Shown here: in pieces, positions 1 to 12,500 of the stretch
Layout of the letters: every line of letters starts with the position of its first letter
Position numbering within the stretch: the stretch's first letter is position 1
Source: the human T2T-CHM13v2.0 reference genome, Homo sapiens
Direction: 5' to 3' (one strand)
Length of the DNA stretch: 64,000 bases
NCBI RefSeq assembly: GCF_009914755.1
Contig: NC_060928.1
The notes under the pieces: model-generated
Told to the model about the DNA's origin: nothing
Database searches by the model: none
The model's input: only the letters and a program-made list of their open reading frames with translations
Program-made: the position numbers and the translations under genes

Positions 1-530
1 AGGCTCTAGGAAGTTCCAAACTTCCTCACATTTTTCTGTCTTCTTTCAAACCCTCCAAACTGTTCAAACTCTGCCTGTTACCCAGTTCCAAATTCACTTC
101 CACATTTTTAGGTATCCTTATAGCAACACCCCACTACCTCAGTGCCAATTTACTGTATCAGTCCATTCTCATGCTGCTAATAAAGACATACCCAAGCTGG
201 GTAATTTATAAAGGAAAGAGGTTTAACTGACTCACAGTTCATCATGGCTGGGGAGGCCTCAGGAAACTTACAAGCATGGCAGAATGCAAAGGAGAAGCAA
301 GTCACCTTCTTCACAAGGCGGCAGGAAGGAGAAGTGCAAGCAAAGGGGGAAAAGCTCCTCATAAAACCATCAGATCTTGTGAGAACTCACTCACTATCAT
401 GAGAACAGCATGGGGGTAACTGCCTCCATGATTCAATTACCTCCCACTGGGTCCCCATCATGATATGTGAGGATTATGGGAACTACAATTCAAGATGAGA
501 TTTGGTTGGGGACACAGCCAAACCATATCA
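1..530 (-). mobile_element. THE1/MST-family MaLR: LTR (154-530) plus start of internal region (1-153), inserted into an Alu
   Basis: The + strand reads tgtatcagtcc...ccaaaccatatca, the reverse complement of a THE1/MST LTR. 1-153 is the reverse complement of the THE1-int start (gtaaattggcac...gttgctataaggatacc...gtttggaacttcctagag). Alu sequence resumes at 531. Confidence 0.9.
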
Positions 531-640
531 TGGGGTCTCACTTTATTGCCCTGGCTGATTTCAAACTCCTGGGCTCAAGTGACCCTCCTGACTTGGCCTG
601 CCAAAGTGTTGGGAATACAGACATGAGCCACCATGCCCAG
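531..640 (-). mobile_element. Alu (J-type/FLAM) left-arm remnant
   Basis: ggggtctcac...ctcctgggctcaagtgaccctcc...ccaaagtgttgggaatacagacatgagccaccatgcccag. Confidence 0.85.
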
Positions 641-749
641 TCCTAAAGTCTAAATTCTTAACATCTAAAATCCAGAAAATCACAATCACAGGAGAGTTGT
701 ACCACGTTAGTTGCATCATGTTAGGTACAACTCTTGCTTTGTTTTCTTC

Positions 750-968
750 TTATTTGGAAATTATGTATGGTTTAAGGGGGTCCATATGGGTGCCAAATCT
801 ACAAGGGGTGGACTTGCAGACTTAATTTCAGGTGTCAACTTGACTGGATTAAGGAATCCCTGGAAAGCTGGGAAAGTATTATTTTGGGTATGTCTGTGAT
901 GGTTTTCTCAGAAGAGATCAGTGTGTGGGTCTGAGCGGACTAGGTGGGGAAGATCTGCTGTCAATGTT
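750..968 (+). mobile_element. HERV-L 3' internal fragment plus MLT2 LTR 5' part carried inside Ricksha
   Basis: PPT-like aaggggtggacttg followed by MLT2-like aatttcaggtgtcaacttgactggattaagg...gggtatgtctgtga...gaagatctg. Confidence 0.75.
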
Positions 969-2796
969 TTGAATGTCTTGAATATCACAGAAGTGAAAAT
1001 GAAAGTAAAAAATGCACAAAATCTTGTCTGCCAAATTATGTAATCATGTACCAAGCACCTCTACACATAGCACCATGCTTGTCTTCACAAAATGCCTTTT
1101 GTCAGATAATAAAAAGAGTTCAACAAATTCAGTGGCCTTCTGAACCAGACACCTGCTGGCACAGAGCTTCCTCCAGTGCTACAAGACATATTAAATCATG
1201 AACTATTCTTGATTAGGGATTTGACTGTCAAAAAAGATAAACATATTTATTTACCACTAAGTCTAACATAACAAAACTGGTGCATGTTTCACTTTGGCTG
1301 ATGAATGGCACTTTCAAAACTGTCCCCAGTGGGTTTTTATAATCAACTTTATACAGTTTATGCCCCCAATGAATTACAAAATTCTATAATTTAATCTTCA
1401 TGTTTATGGTTTAATAACTGGAAAAAGTGAAGTACTTTATAAAAGCTTATTTGAAGATTTGGAGGGCTTTGCAGAAGAAAATAGATTTCAATCGGATCCC
1501 CAAATTATAATGACAAGTTTTTAATTAGGTGTGATCAAGGCTTCTAAAAGTGAATTGCAAGTTGTTACCAGTAAAGTTTGTATCTTCCATTCAGCCCAGT
1601 TCATTTGCCAGAAAATTCAGGTGAGTGGATTGGCCAGGCCATATGGCAATGATGAAAATTTTAGTTTTAAAATGTGCCATTTGTCTGTATTGGCATTCCT
1701 TCCACCTGATAAAACTCCAGGAGCTTTTGATAAATTAAAACCACAATTGCCTGAAGAAGCCAGAAAAATTACATACTAGTTTGAAAATAATGATGTGCAA
1801 GGTGGGATAAGAAGTCATTCAGGCAACGGTGTTGCTGTTCAATCAAGAGTATTGTTTCTGCCAAATGAGTGGCCTGTATATGAGGGCCTGCAAAATGGAT
1901 TTCCACATACTCAAAACAATAGACAAGAATGGCATAGAAGATTGGAAAATATAATAGGAAATGCTCATGTCAGTGTGTATCAAATTATAGAATTTCAAAA
2001 AGAGCAGTGCCACATAGAAAATGAATGTGAACATATTTTATGAGGAGAGTCAAATCCTAAAAACAAAAAAGGCATCATGATGAAAGACTTCAAAATACAG
2101 TTAATGATAATGAGAGTCAGCCAGCTATTATGAACTCTGCAATTGCCCATAATCTATCCATGTAATATACTTTTTATATGTCAATTTTCGTTTTAGTTGT
2201 TTCTTTTTCCATTTTTTCCACTATTTTAAATTGTCAGCATTTTTTACAACTTGGTATGCTATGTATTTCATCTTAGTATCATTTCCAATACTGGAGGTAT
2301 AAATTTTGCAAAGACTTTTAGAGAGTTCTAATTTGTTTTATGCTTTTATTTTTGCAAATTTGACTCCACAAGAGTGCATTATCACAACACTGACTTTGTG
2401 TGTAAGCATTGTACATGTACATAAAAACATTAAAGCTTCCTCAATAAATGAGAAGATATCCTTTTTGCACATTTGTATTTGGGAAAGAGAAAATTTCTCA
2501 AGATCTCAGCTCTTTGACTGCATATTAGATGGTGACCCATCCCAGCTTTTGATGAATCTGGTCAAAAGACTTAGGTTGTCTGTCACAGTATTCCAGATGA
2601 CCTAAGTTATAAAGCTGAGTGCACCCAGTTACCAACCATGCTTTCATACATTTTGCTTTTTGACCCATTTCTTTACGAGTACAACTCATCTGCTCATTAC
2701 TGTTATACCCATAAGACGCTCTTTAGCATACCTGAGTTTTATGCTTGCAAATATATGTATGTTATTATTGCCTATTGATTGTGTAAAGTAGCCTAG

Positions 2797-3158
<362 letters not shown>

Positions 3159-4660
3159 AATAAATGCTTTTTAAAGAATGTGTTAATAATTTTTTTCCAG
3201 AATTGTATTTTCAGAATTTTGTTTTTTGAGGATTGTAATTTTCAGGATTTTAGACTGTACAGATTTAGATCTTTTGGGACTTCAACATTTGGGATTATGA
3301 CGTTCAGGATTGTGTCTTCCTGGGCTGTGACCCAAACCCATGTGGTCCAACGCTATTTCACATGAGAGGAAAGCAAACCACGTGCACAGATGCAATGAAG
3401 GCTTAAATAGGCGTCATGTATTGATTATATCCCTGGAAAACATGATTAAGATGATACGTAGCGACTTTTTTTTCCCCAGTGAAAAAGATCCACATTCTTT
3501 TTCTTGTGTGGAACTAAACACAATTTCTGAATCAATGTAAGTGAATGTGAATCACCATGTTCACTTAGCTGATGCTCCTTTATTAACGGGGATAGAAGGG
3601 ACGTGATTCAAAGAGATGGCGGCACAGGACCCATGACCTAAGGAAGCTGCAGTGGGTGAAGGGGAGAAACAGAGGAGCAGGGGCTGGAGAAAGAGTGGGG
3701 AGTCATCAACTACCCTCCTTGCTCCCGGCATCTGGTGTTTGGAGCCCAGAGGTCTTCTCTAAGGCCTCGGAGAAGCTTCCAAGTCTGTTCATTTCTCTTT
3801 CCCCACCCCTGCTTGTATCACAAATAAAGAAATTATTGACAACTGAGTTCCTGACTAGGTGGCAGGATTTTAGGGATCCTTCACCTCGTCCAAACCTCAT
3901 GAAGGTAGTGGGAGTCCCATGGGTTAGTTAGCAATAGTCCTTGAGATTATTTGTTCATATAAATAATCACAATACTCATAGTCATCTTGCTTTTCTCATA
4001 ATGCCCAGCTGGGGGACGGTGGGGGCAGAGAGGACTGGAGTGAGAAGAGATAGAACAAGAGCTGGCTTTCATGTATGGGGCTCTCCAGAGCAATCAGGCC
4101 TAAGGACAATCAAGAGGGATCCTGAAGCAGCTCTGGCAAGGGCAGCCTGGACTCAGGCCCCAGCTCGCACCAAGCACGTCACCTGTCCAACTGGGAAGCC
4201 TAAGCAATGTGTTTCTGTTTTTGTTCTGTTTTCTGGTAAAGAATTCAATGTCGTTAGCTACATTCACAATGCTGTGCAATCATCACCACTATCCATTTCC
4301 AGAACATTCTATCATCCCAGACAGGAACTCTGTGCCCATTAGACACTAACCTCCTGCCAGCCCTGAAAACCTCTATTCTACTTTCTGTCTCTGTTAATTT
4401 GCCTGTTCCAGGTTCTTCATATAGATGGAATCACGTAGTCTGTGTCTGATGTCTCACTTAGCATAATGTTTTTAAGTTTTATCTATGTGGTAGCAAGTAT
4501 CAGAATTTCCTCCCTTTTCAAAGATCACTAATATTCCATTTTATGTCTATACCACATTTTGTTTATCCATCTATCCCTCAATAGACTTTTTAGGTTGTTT
4601 CCACCTTGTGGTTGCTGTAAATAAGGCTGCTGTGATGCTGCAATGAACACAGGTGTAGCA

Positions 4661-5087
4661 GCCAGGTGTGGTGGCATGCGCCTGTAGTTCCTGCTACTCA
4701 GGCTTCTGAGGCAGGAAGATCCCTTGAGCCCAGGAGTTCTGGGCTGCAGTGTGCTGTGTTGATCAGATGTCTGCATGAAATTAGACATTAGTACAGTGAC
4801 CTCCCGGGATAGGGGACTACCAGGTTGCCTAAGGAGTGGCGAACCGGCCAACGGGGGGTCGCGCCCGTGGACAGCCCTGCAGAGGGGGTGGGGGGGAGGG
4901 GGGGTTGTCGCACCCGTGGACAGCCCCGCAGCAGGGGGCTCGTGCCCGTGGACAGGCCTGCAGCGCGGGGCGGGGGGGCGGGGCTTGCGCCCATGGACAG
5001 CCCCGCAGCAGGGGATCATGCCTATAAACAGCCCCTGCACTCCGGCCTAGGAAACATAGTGAGACCCCATCTATTAAAAAAAAAAAA
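4661..5087 (+). pseudogene. 7SL (SRP RNA) processed retrocopy with internal GC-rich minisatellite
   Basis: 7SL S-domain sequence absent from Alu (gagttctgggctgcagtgtgc...gtgacctcccggga...ccaggttgcctaaggag..gaaccggcc), 7SL 3' end (aacatagtgagacccc), poly(A) 5076-5087, 13 bp TSD gaacacaggtgta at 4645-4657 and 5099-5111. Confidence 0.92.
4852..5040 (+). repeat. G-rich minisatellite, 5 units, core gYRcccgtggacagcccYgcag separated by G-runs
   Basis: Cores at 4861, 4910, 4942, 4987 and the ancestral-like copy at 5018. Confidence 0.9.
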
Positions 5088-5244
5088 GGGTACGGAGAGA
5101 ACACAGGTGTACAAGTATCTATTTGAGTAACTGCTTTCCATTCTTTTGAAGATAGGTATAGGTAGATATAGATACAGATATAGAGATTTACAGATATGAG
5201 TGGGATTACTGAATCATATGGTAATTCTATGTCTAAATTTTTGA

Positions 5245-5671
<427 letters not shown>

Positions 5672-5723
5672 CCTGATTTTTTTGTTTTTTCTTTTTTGAT
5701 AGCAGCCATCTTAATGGGTGTGC

Positions 5724-5726
<3 letters not shown>

Positions 5727-5764
<38 letters not shown>
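5727..5764. repeat. (TG)n microsatellite
   Basis: About 19 uninterrupted TG units. Confidence 0.97.
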
Positions 5765-5768
<4 letters not shown>

Positions 5769-7159
5769 AATGTCACATTGGTGATTCTAATGTGTAACCA
5801 GCAAAGAAAAGCATGGATTCTGGGTCTCAATTTTTCATCTAGGTAAACCAGAGCAAATAAAACCTATCGAAGAGTCCTCCTGATGATTGAATGAGTTCCC
5901 CCATAGAAGGCAAAATTTACAAATGTTGGTTCCTCTCTTATTCCCTTGGAATTCTACTAAACTTCCTGCCTCAACATACAGAGAAACTCCCTGAAGCCTA
6001 AAACTATGCAGATTTGACATAGGGCTGATTTTAACTTCTGTTTTGCTTTTACCATATAGCTAGCTGCAGAGGTCACATGTGTCCTCCATGACATCTAAAT
6101 AGCACTACACCTGCACCAGCTTTCCTCTCAAATTAACTACTCATCAGTTCTATTATTAAATAAACAGGGAGCAGCTGTAATACTCAAGGAGTGTGTGGGA
6201 TTGTGCTTTAAAATTACATCTCTGCCAACACTTTGTTTGCTTGTTGAATAACTACAAGTTTTCCAGTTAAATTAATAGAATACATTATACCCATAAAATC
6301 CTGACATATTTGGCAATACACACAACAAAATATTTTACAAGTAGAGAATATAATAAATGTATGACACTTTAGAAATGCATTGAGATAAGTTTAAACAGTG
6401 TTTACTTTTAATTGGTGTGCTTTCTTTCATCTCACAGTAATAAGCTATGGTTTAGTTTATCGGCTGAATACTCACTATGCAGTCCTTTGTAAAATTTTGG
6501 AGGTCCGCAGTAATGTGATTATTGAGCTTCAACAGAATACACAGAAGATCCCAGGAACCACAGACTAATCCATCCACTATGCAGTATCTAAAGTATTTGC
6601 AAAAATAAAAACAAACAACAACAAAAAAACACCTGAACAATTGACTCGTAGCAAAACTATCAGGTTAGTGCAAAAGTAATTTTGGTTTTGCCATTGAAAG
6701 TAATGAAAGTAATTGAAAGAATAGGTGTTCTAGCTGGACATTCTACAATGCATGCCACAACCATGGATCAATTGTGTATTGAAAACCCAAACCAACTGAG
6801 GATCACTGCTGTGCATTATTCCCATCGTGTCATAATGTGGCAAACTAAAACTAAGGACCCATAACAAGGGATTTTCAGAGGGAAAGCAAACATATTGGTT
6901 AAAGCAAACAAAACTGGCAATTTTCAATTTGCTCAAACTATTCACATAGTTTGTATGCTTCTCTACAAAATACAGAATTTTGATATAATTACCCTTAGGT
7001 AAAACTCTAAAGTGAGCAGCTTCTGATCAATAGGCCTCAACTCCTTTTCCCTTCTGTATCACAGACTGTGTGGGTGAATCCAACACATGACCTAATACGA
7101 TTTGGCCAGTTGGGAAAGGTCTCTTTAAAGAACTAACCCTCAGGCTGGGATCTAGAGCA

Positions 7160-7305
7160 AAGCACCGTAAACTTGAATGTGCATAGGAACCACCTGGGGA
7201 CCTTGTCAACATGCAGATTCTGATTCATTGGATCTAGGGTGGTGCCTGAGCTCTAGCAAGCTCCCAGGGATGCCTATGTGACTGCCTTGGACATCAGTTA
7301 CAGTA
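7160..7305. mobile_element. MER5A-like hAT-Charlie relic
   Basis: aaacttgaatgtgcataggaaccacctgggga...atgcagattctgattc...ggtggtgcctgag. Confidence 0.7.
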
Positions 7306-7439
7306 GCAAGAATATAAGCAGATACCAGCCAACAAAGCAGGAGTGAACGCATCACGGCCCAGGCAGCCCTGGACCAGGCCAGCTCAGGGATCTGAGAAAA
7401 GAGTAACTGGACTGAGGTCTATGAGTGCTGCCATGAGAG

Positions 7440-8480
7440 GTGAGGCTGAGAAGGTGGACAAGATCTAGGTCAATGTGTTAAGTTCCTACTAAATGCAAGG
7501 CTAGGCTCTGCATAAACAGAAACAAATAAGGCAAACCTACTCCTTGCATCTTTAGAGCTTGCGGTCTAGCAGAATTACTTCATGGGTAGAAAATCATTAA
7601 AGATTTTTAAATGAAGGAGAGACATGATCTAATTGAAATTTTTGATGAACCTCTCTGGGTGTGCCATAGAGAAGGTATTGGAGAGGCAAAAAGTTGGAAA
7701 GAGGAGTATATGTTTGCAGACCAGGTGAAACATGCGGATGACAGAAGTGGATAATTTTAGCACATATTTTGAAGGTGAAATAACAGGACTTGGTTGCAAG
7801 TTGTGATGGTAGGGGGGTGGCAGGAAGAAGAAAGCATCAAGGATGATGATGCTTTCTGGAAGAAGCAAATGGGTAAATGGAGATAATTTTTACGAAGAAT
7901 GGTAAGGCTGAAGAAGAAATAAACTAACAAAAGGGAAATGATTGAGGAAGTGGCATAGATTTGGGGGCAGAACTCAAGAGTTTTGAATTCTGATTTTAGG
8001 AATGCCTATGAAAATCCCAGTGGAGATTTCAAGATGGCAGGTGCACATAATGTTTTGGAGCTTGGGAGGAGAGCTCTGTAGGAGCCATATGCATATAAAC
8101 AGTATCTAAAGCCATAGGAATTAATAAAACCTTGTCTAGAGTCTGTGTAGGCACGGGCGTCCAATCTTTTGGCTTCCCTGGGCTGCACTGGAAGAAGAAT
8201 TGTCTTGGGCCACACATAAAATATACTAACATTAACAATAGCTGATGAGCTAAAAAAAAAAACATAAAAAAATCTATAATGCTTGACGAATGTTTACAAA
8301 TTTGTGTTGGGCTGCATTCAAAGCTGTCCTGGGCCACGCGTGGCCCACAGGCCACAGGTTGGACAAGCTTAGTATGGAATAAGAACAGAAGAGGACCCAG
8401 GATTTAGGAACTTCAACATTTAAAGTTTGGGCAAAGAGGCAGGAGCTGATAAGAAAATAGTTCAAGCTAGAGGAAGAGAT
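7440..8480 (+). mobile_element. L2 LINE fragments
   Basis: Degenerate L2-like purine-rich sequence (ggagagacatgatctaattg...aacaggacttgg...tggagctt...ggaacttcaacatttaaag). Confidence 0.6.
8153..8371 (+). mobile_element. MER30 (hAT-Charlie MITE)
   Basis: gtccaatcttttggcttccctgggc...gaattgtcttgggccacacataaaat...gttggacaagctt. Confidence 0.9.
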
Positions 8481-8656
8481 CAGGGGTCTACTCTACTGAA
8501 TGTTTCTGAGACCCCATTGGACTTATATATTACATAATATGTACAATATATGTTACTTGGGTGATGGATACCCTAATAGCTTTGAACTGACCACTATGCA
8601 CGGAACAAAACTGCACCTGTATCCCGTAAATTTTATATAAACAAAAGTAAATAAAT

Positions 8657-9057
8657 AGAAGGCAGGAAGGGAGAAGAAGGAAGGAAGGAAGGATGGAAGG
8701 AAGGAAAGAAGGAAGGAAGAAAGGAAGGAAGGAAAGAAAGAAGGAAGGGAGAGCGAGGAAAGGAAAGGAAAGGGAAGGGAAGGAAAGAAGGAAGGGAGAG
8801 TGAGGAAAGGGAAGGAAAGAAGGAAGGGAGAGTGAGGAAAGGGAAGGAAAGAAGGAAGGGAGAGCGAGGAAAGGAAAGGAAAGAAAGGAAAGGAAAGGAA
8901 AATAAATGAAAGGGAGGGAAGGAAGGAAGGAAGAAAGGAAGGAAGGGGGAAGAGAGAGAAAGAAAGAGAGAGAAAGAAAGAGAAAGAAAGGAAAGAAGGA
9001 AGGAAGGAAAGAAAGAGAAAGAAAGAAAAGAAAGAAAGAAAGGAAAGAAAGAAAGAA

Positions 9058-9109
<52 letters not shown>

Positions 9110-9153
9110 GAAAGAAAGAAAGAAAGAAAGAGAAAGAAAGGGAGAAAGAGGAA
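8657..9153 (+). repeat. ~500 bp polypurine tract (GGAA/GAAA/GA mosaic) grown from an L1 3' tail (L1 end ~8545-8656)
   Basis: Almost only A/G; ~32 bp higher-order unit aaggaagggagagYgaggaaagggaaggaaag about 4 times; pure (GAAA)n near 9060-9130. Confidence 0.95.
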
Positions 9154-9184
9154 TAGTGTTCATGATGTTTATGAATCACCAATT

Positions 9185-9530
9185 CTGGGGGCACTGAATT
9201 GTGTCCCCCAAGATTCCTATGTTGAAGAGCTGATCCCCACTGCCTCAGAGGGGACTGATTTAGAGAAGGCCTTCAAAGAGGTAAGTGAGGTCAAATGAAG
9301 CCGTATGGGTGGACCCTAAACCAATATGGCAGGTGTCCATCTAAAAAGAGATTGAGACACAGGCAACACAGCCTGAGGACACAGCAGGAAGGGAGCCGTC
9401 TGCAAGGCAGCAGTTCTCAGAAGAAGGCAAACCTGCTGACATTCCATCCTGGATTTCCAGTCTTCAGAGCTGTGAGAAGATAAACCACTCAATCTGTGGC
9501 AGCTTGTGATGGAAGCCCCTAGCACTCTTA
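9185..9530 (+). mobile_element. MLT1-family MaLR LTR
   Basis: ctgaattgtgtcccccaagattcctatgttgaag...ggccttcaaagaggtaagtgagg...ctgtgagaagataaa. Confidence 0.8.
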
Positions 9531-12500
9531 TATGGTGACCTTAGCACAAGCAGTTTAACAGGCTTGGTGAAAGTGAAAGCCAAACTGACCTGAATAAAGA
9601 GTGAAAGGAAAAGGAGCAAAAGGAGACAGTAAGTGTGGAAAATCCTTGAGGAAAATTTGCCAAGAAAGGAGGAGATGGCTTGATAGCTAGAAAGACATAG
9701 AGAGTCAAAGGTAAGGTTTCTCCAAGATAGAAGATTTTTTTAAATGAAAAATTTATATTTAAATGCTGACAGAAGGCATCAAGGAGGAGAGAGATTGAAG
9801 ATGCAGTTGACAAATGGAAAAGCAATGAACAGAATCCCTGAAAAGTCAGGAAAAGAAGGGAGATTATTAGAGGGATGTCCTTTTACAGTAAGAAGAATAC
9901 TTCCTCCACCGCCCCAGGATTTAAAAAGCTTATAAATGACAGGTAACATTCTACCTAATTATAGAGCTTTACACTTTTCAATAAATTTTGTTGTACATGA
10001 TACAGTCACTCTGTGAATTCAGTGAGACAGACAGTTATCCACATTTTACATAAAAAGAAAGAAAAGGCAGAAAAGAAGTGATTTGCTTGAAGTGACACAG
10101 AAACGGCTGGTAGAACCATGCACTGTGTAGATGGCAGGGCTCCTGACTTCTCATTTCACACCACAAATGTAGACAGAATTAGATATAATGACAGTTATTA
10201 TATTTTTAAACCTTTCAAATAAGAATATCCTTAGATTTTCATTCATTAACAAAGCACGTGATTAGCATCTGAAAATGTTTTATTATACGATCACTAGACA
10301 CCAAAAGAGGTTTCCATTTTCCTGTGTATTTGAAAGAGTTCAACAGCCCTAAGTCACACAGTTGGAGGAAACTCAAACAAGAGAAGGTTCGTTTGAAGTG
10401 ATGAAATTAGCATGATGAAGTTTACAATACAAAGATTTTTGTTTCAAGACTCTGAGGTTTGGTAGGGAGGAAGGGGAAAGGCAGATGACACCAAATAGGA
10501 CTGGTTGGAGAGGGGATGAGAAGCATCAATTAGAAAGCTCTTCAAATTCAAATGGACTGTTCAAACCATCCTAGGACTAGACTCCAATTGGGAAAGACTC
10601 TGAAGAAAATGATCTCCTACTCCCACGAGATGGCTAACGTGATTTAGGTAAAAAGCTTTTAGTTTTATGGCTGGGGAGGTAGCAATAAAGAAAATGAACT
10701 TCCTGCCAGTGATTCTTTGTCAAGCCCTGCCAATTTCTGTGTCTGGGGAAGCTATAAAGAATGTCCAGCCTCATGTCAAAAGAATTGCCACAGATCTCCA
10801 GCCTGCCTGCATTCAAGCATCGAAACATCCCTAAGCCTGTTCCCAGGCCAGCCTGGAATTGAGAATCCAGGAGAGTCTTTTCTGTTCTGCTGCTGCAGCT
10901 ACACTATCTGCTTGTTAGCATAACCAGGGTCACCAGCAATAGATGCTAGAGAAATACACAGAGAAAAAATCAACAGCTGATGAAAAGCAGAATCTTTTCT
11001 TTTTGGCAGCAATACCAATAGCATGAAGCACATCCCTTTTGGAGCTTTCCAAACCACTTCAAAAGCGAGTTTTCTGGTGTGGATCAAGAAAGCTAGGCAA
11101 ATTGCCCCTGAGGGCATAGCCACTGGCCAAGATATTGATGAGTGTAGGCAGCTCAGGACCCATCCTCGGCCCCGGTGCTGTCTTTCTCAGAGCTCTGTTT
11201 AATTGCATCAGGCATGGGCAGCGTTTGGAGAAAGCTGTGTTCATTTTTGTGATCTTCAGCCAGCACGGAGGTGGCCAGTTCCCTAGCCTCCCAGCACCGT
11301 CCTCCTCCTGCCCTGCCCCTTCATGGCCTGCCTGGGCTCACTGGACCCACACTTGCCTTTCACCCCTGTCAAAGCCTCACAGTCCTGTGTGTCTGTTTCC
11401 CTTTGAACTACACAAACTAACTAATTTGGTGAACCCATTAAGTGAACTTCTTTATACTCATGGTCTAGAGTGCATTGAACGCTAAAGGGTTTGCTAGAGA
11501 TTGTCAAAATCAATTCTGTCTTCTTCCAACTGGACCAAGGCTTCTTTGAGTTAACAAAACTGAGAAATCTGAGTTGATTTTTCGTAGTACCTCTTTCTAT
11601 TCTTTTGGGGTTTTTTTGTTTGTTTTTTACTTATCATGGAGATTTTCCTTAATTTAACCCAAAAGATATACCCATATGACATTTGAACTAATATGAAAGA
11701 GGTAGTAGGACAAAGAATTTGAAGACAGCCTTTCAGAGCCCCACAAAGTACTTGAAGTTTATCAATAAACCCCTCCCAGTGTTTCCCACCATGTTCCACA
11801 TTCCATCTCCATTTTTAGCCATGCAGCTTCAAGTGGCATCTCCTCCTGTGAAACCTACAGTTTGGAGATAAATTATTGATGACTAATGACTTAGAAGAAC
11901 CAAAGAAAGGATCCTCTAGTGGAGACACAGCATAGAAATGGTGGTCCAGGGTGAGACAGAACTGCTTCCAATCCCAGTGCCACCTGTGTGGTTCCAGCTG
12001 TGTGCTGCTCTTCCTCTAATCTTGTTTACTCGTCTCCAATACGGGACTAATAACATATACATCAGACTATTGTGAGGGTTGAATGTAACAATATTCCAAA
12101 TTGTTGCATGTGTCCAGTACTTAACACAGTGCCAAGAACAAAGCATGTATCAGTAAGTATGAATGGCCTTCCCAGCGCACACCTCCAAACAGTGGATTCT
12201 GGCCGATGACAGGCAATGGTTCCCCGCGGTCCTACAGGCCACGGTTTAACTTACCACTAGCCAATCAGTAAGTTTGCCTCAGACCACATCACGATTCTTT
12301 TGCAAGCCTGGAGCTTGGTGAAAAACAAGGGGGAAAATAATCCATGTCCCTAAGGCAGATGCTGAAAGATTTACCTCATAACATAATTCTCTCACCAGAC
12401 TTGTTTCCTGAATGTCCATTTAAATTTTAATTCTGCAAATAAAATAAAATTGGTAATAATGAAAGTGATTAAGATGGTATTTGTCCAGGGAACCAATCTC

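Noticed and set aside
8553-9298. Long ORFs rich in F/L/S/P or K/E/R (213, 176 and 130 aa)
   Set aside because: Translations of the GGAA/GAAA tract, which lacks stops because of its composition
10980-11250. Plus-strand frame containing GQDIDECRQ (calcium-binding EGF-like start)
   Set aside because: Downstream cysteine spacing and splice signals do not fit an EGF module; probably chance
12255-12307. Minus-strand peptide ...GKLTDWLV resembling a cyclin-box R..L.DWLV motif
   Set aside because: Only 4-5 residues match, there is an in-frame stop, Cyclin Y lacks this motif, and adjacent candidate exons do not continue a cyclin fold
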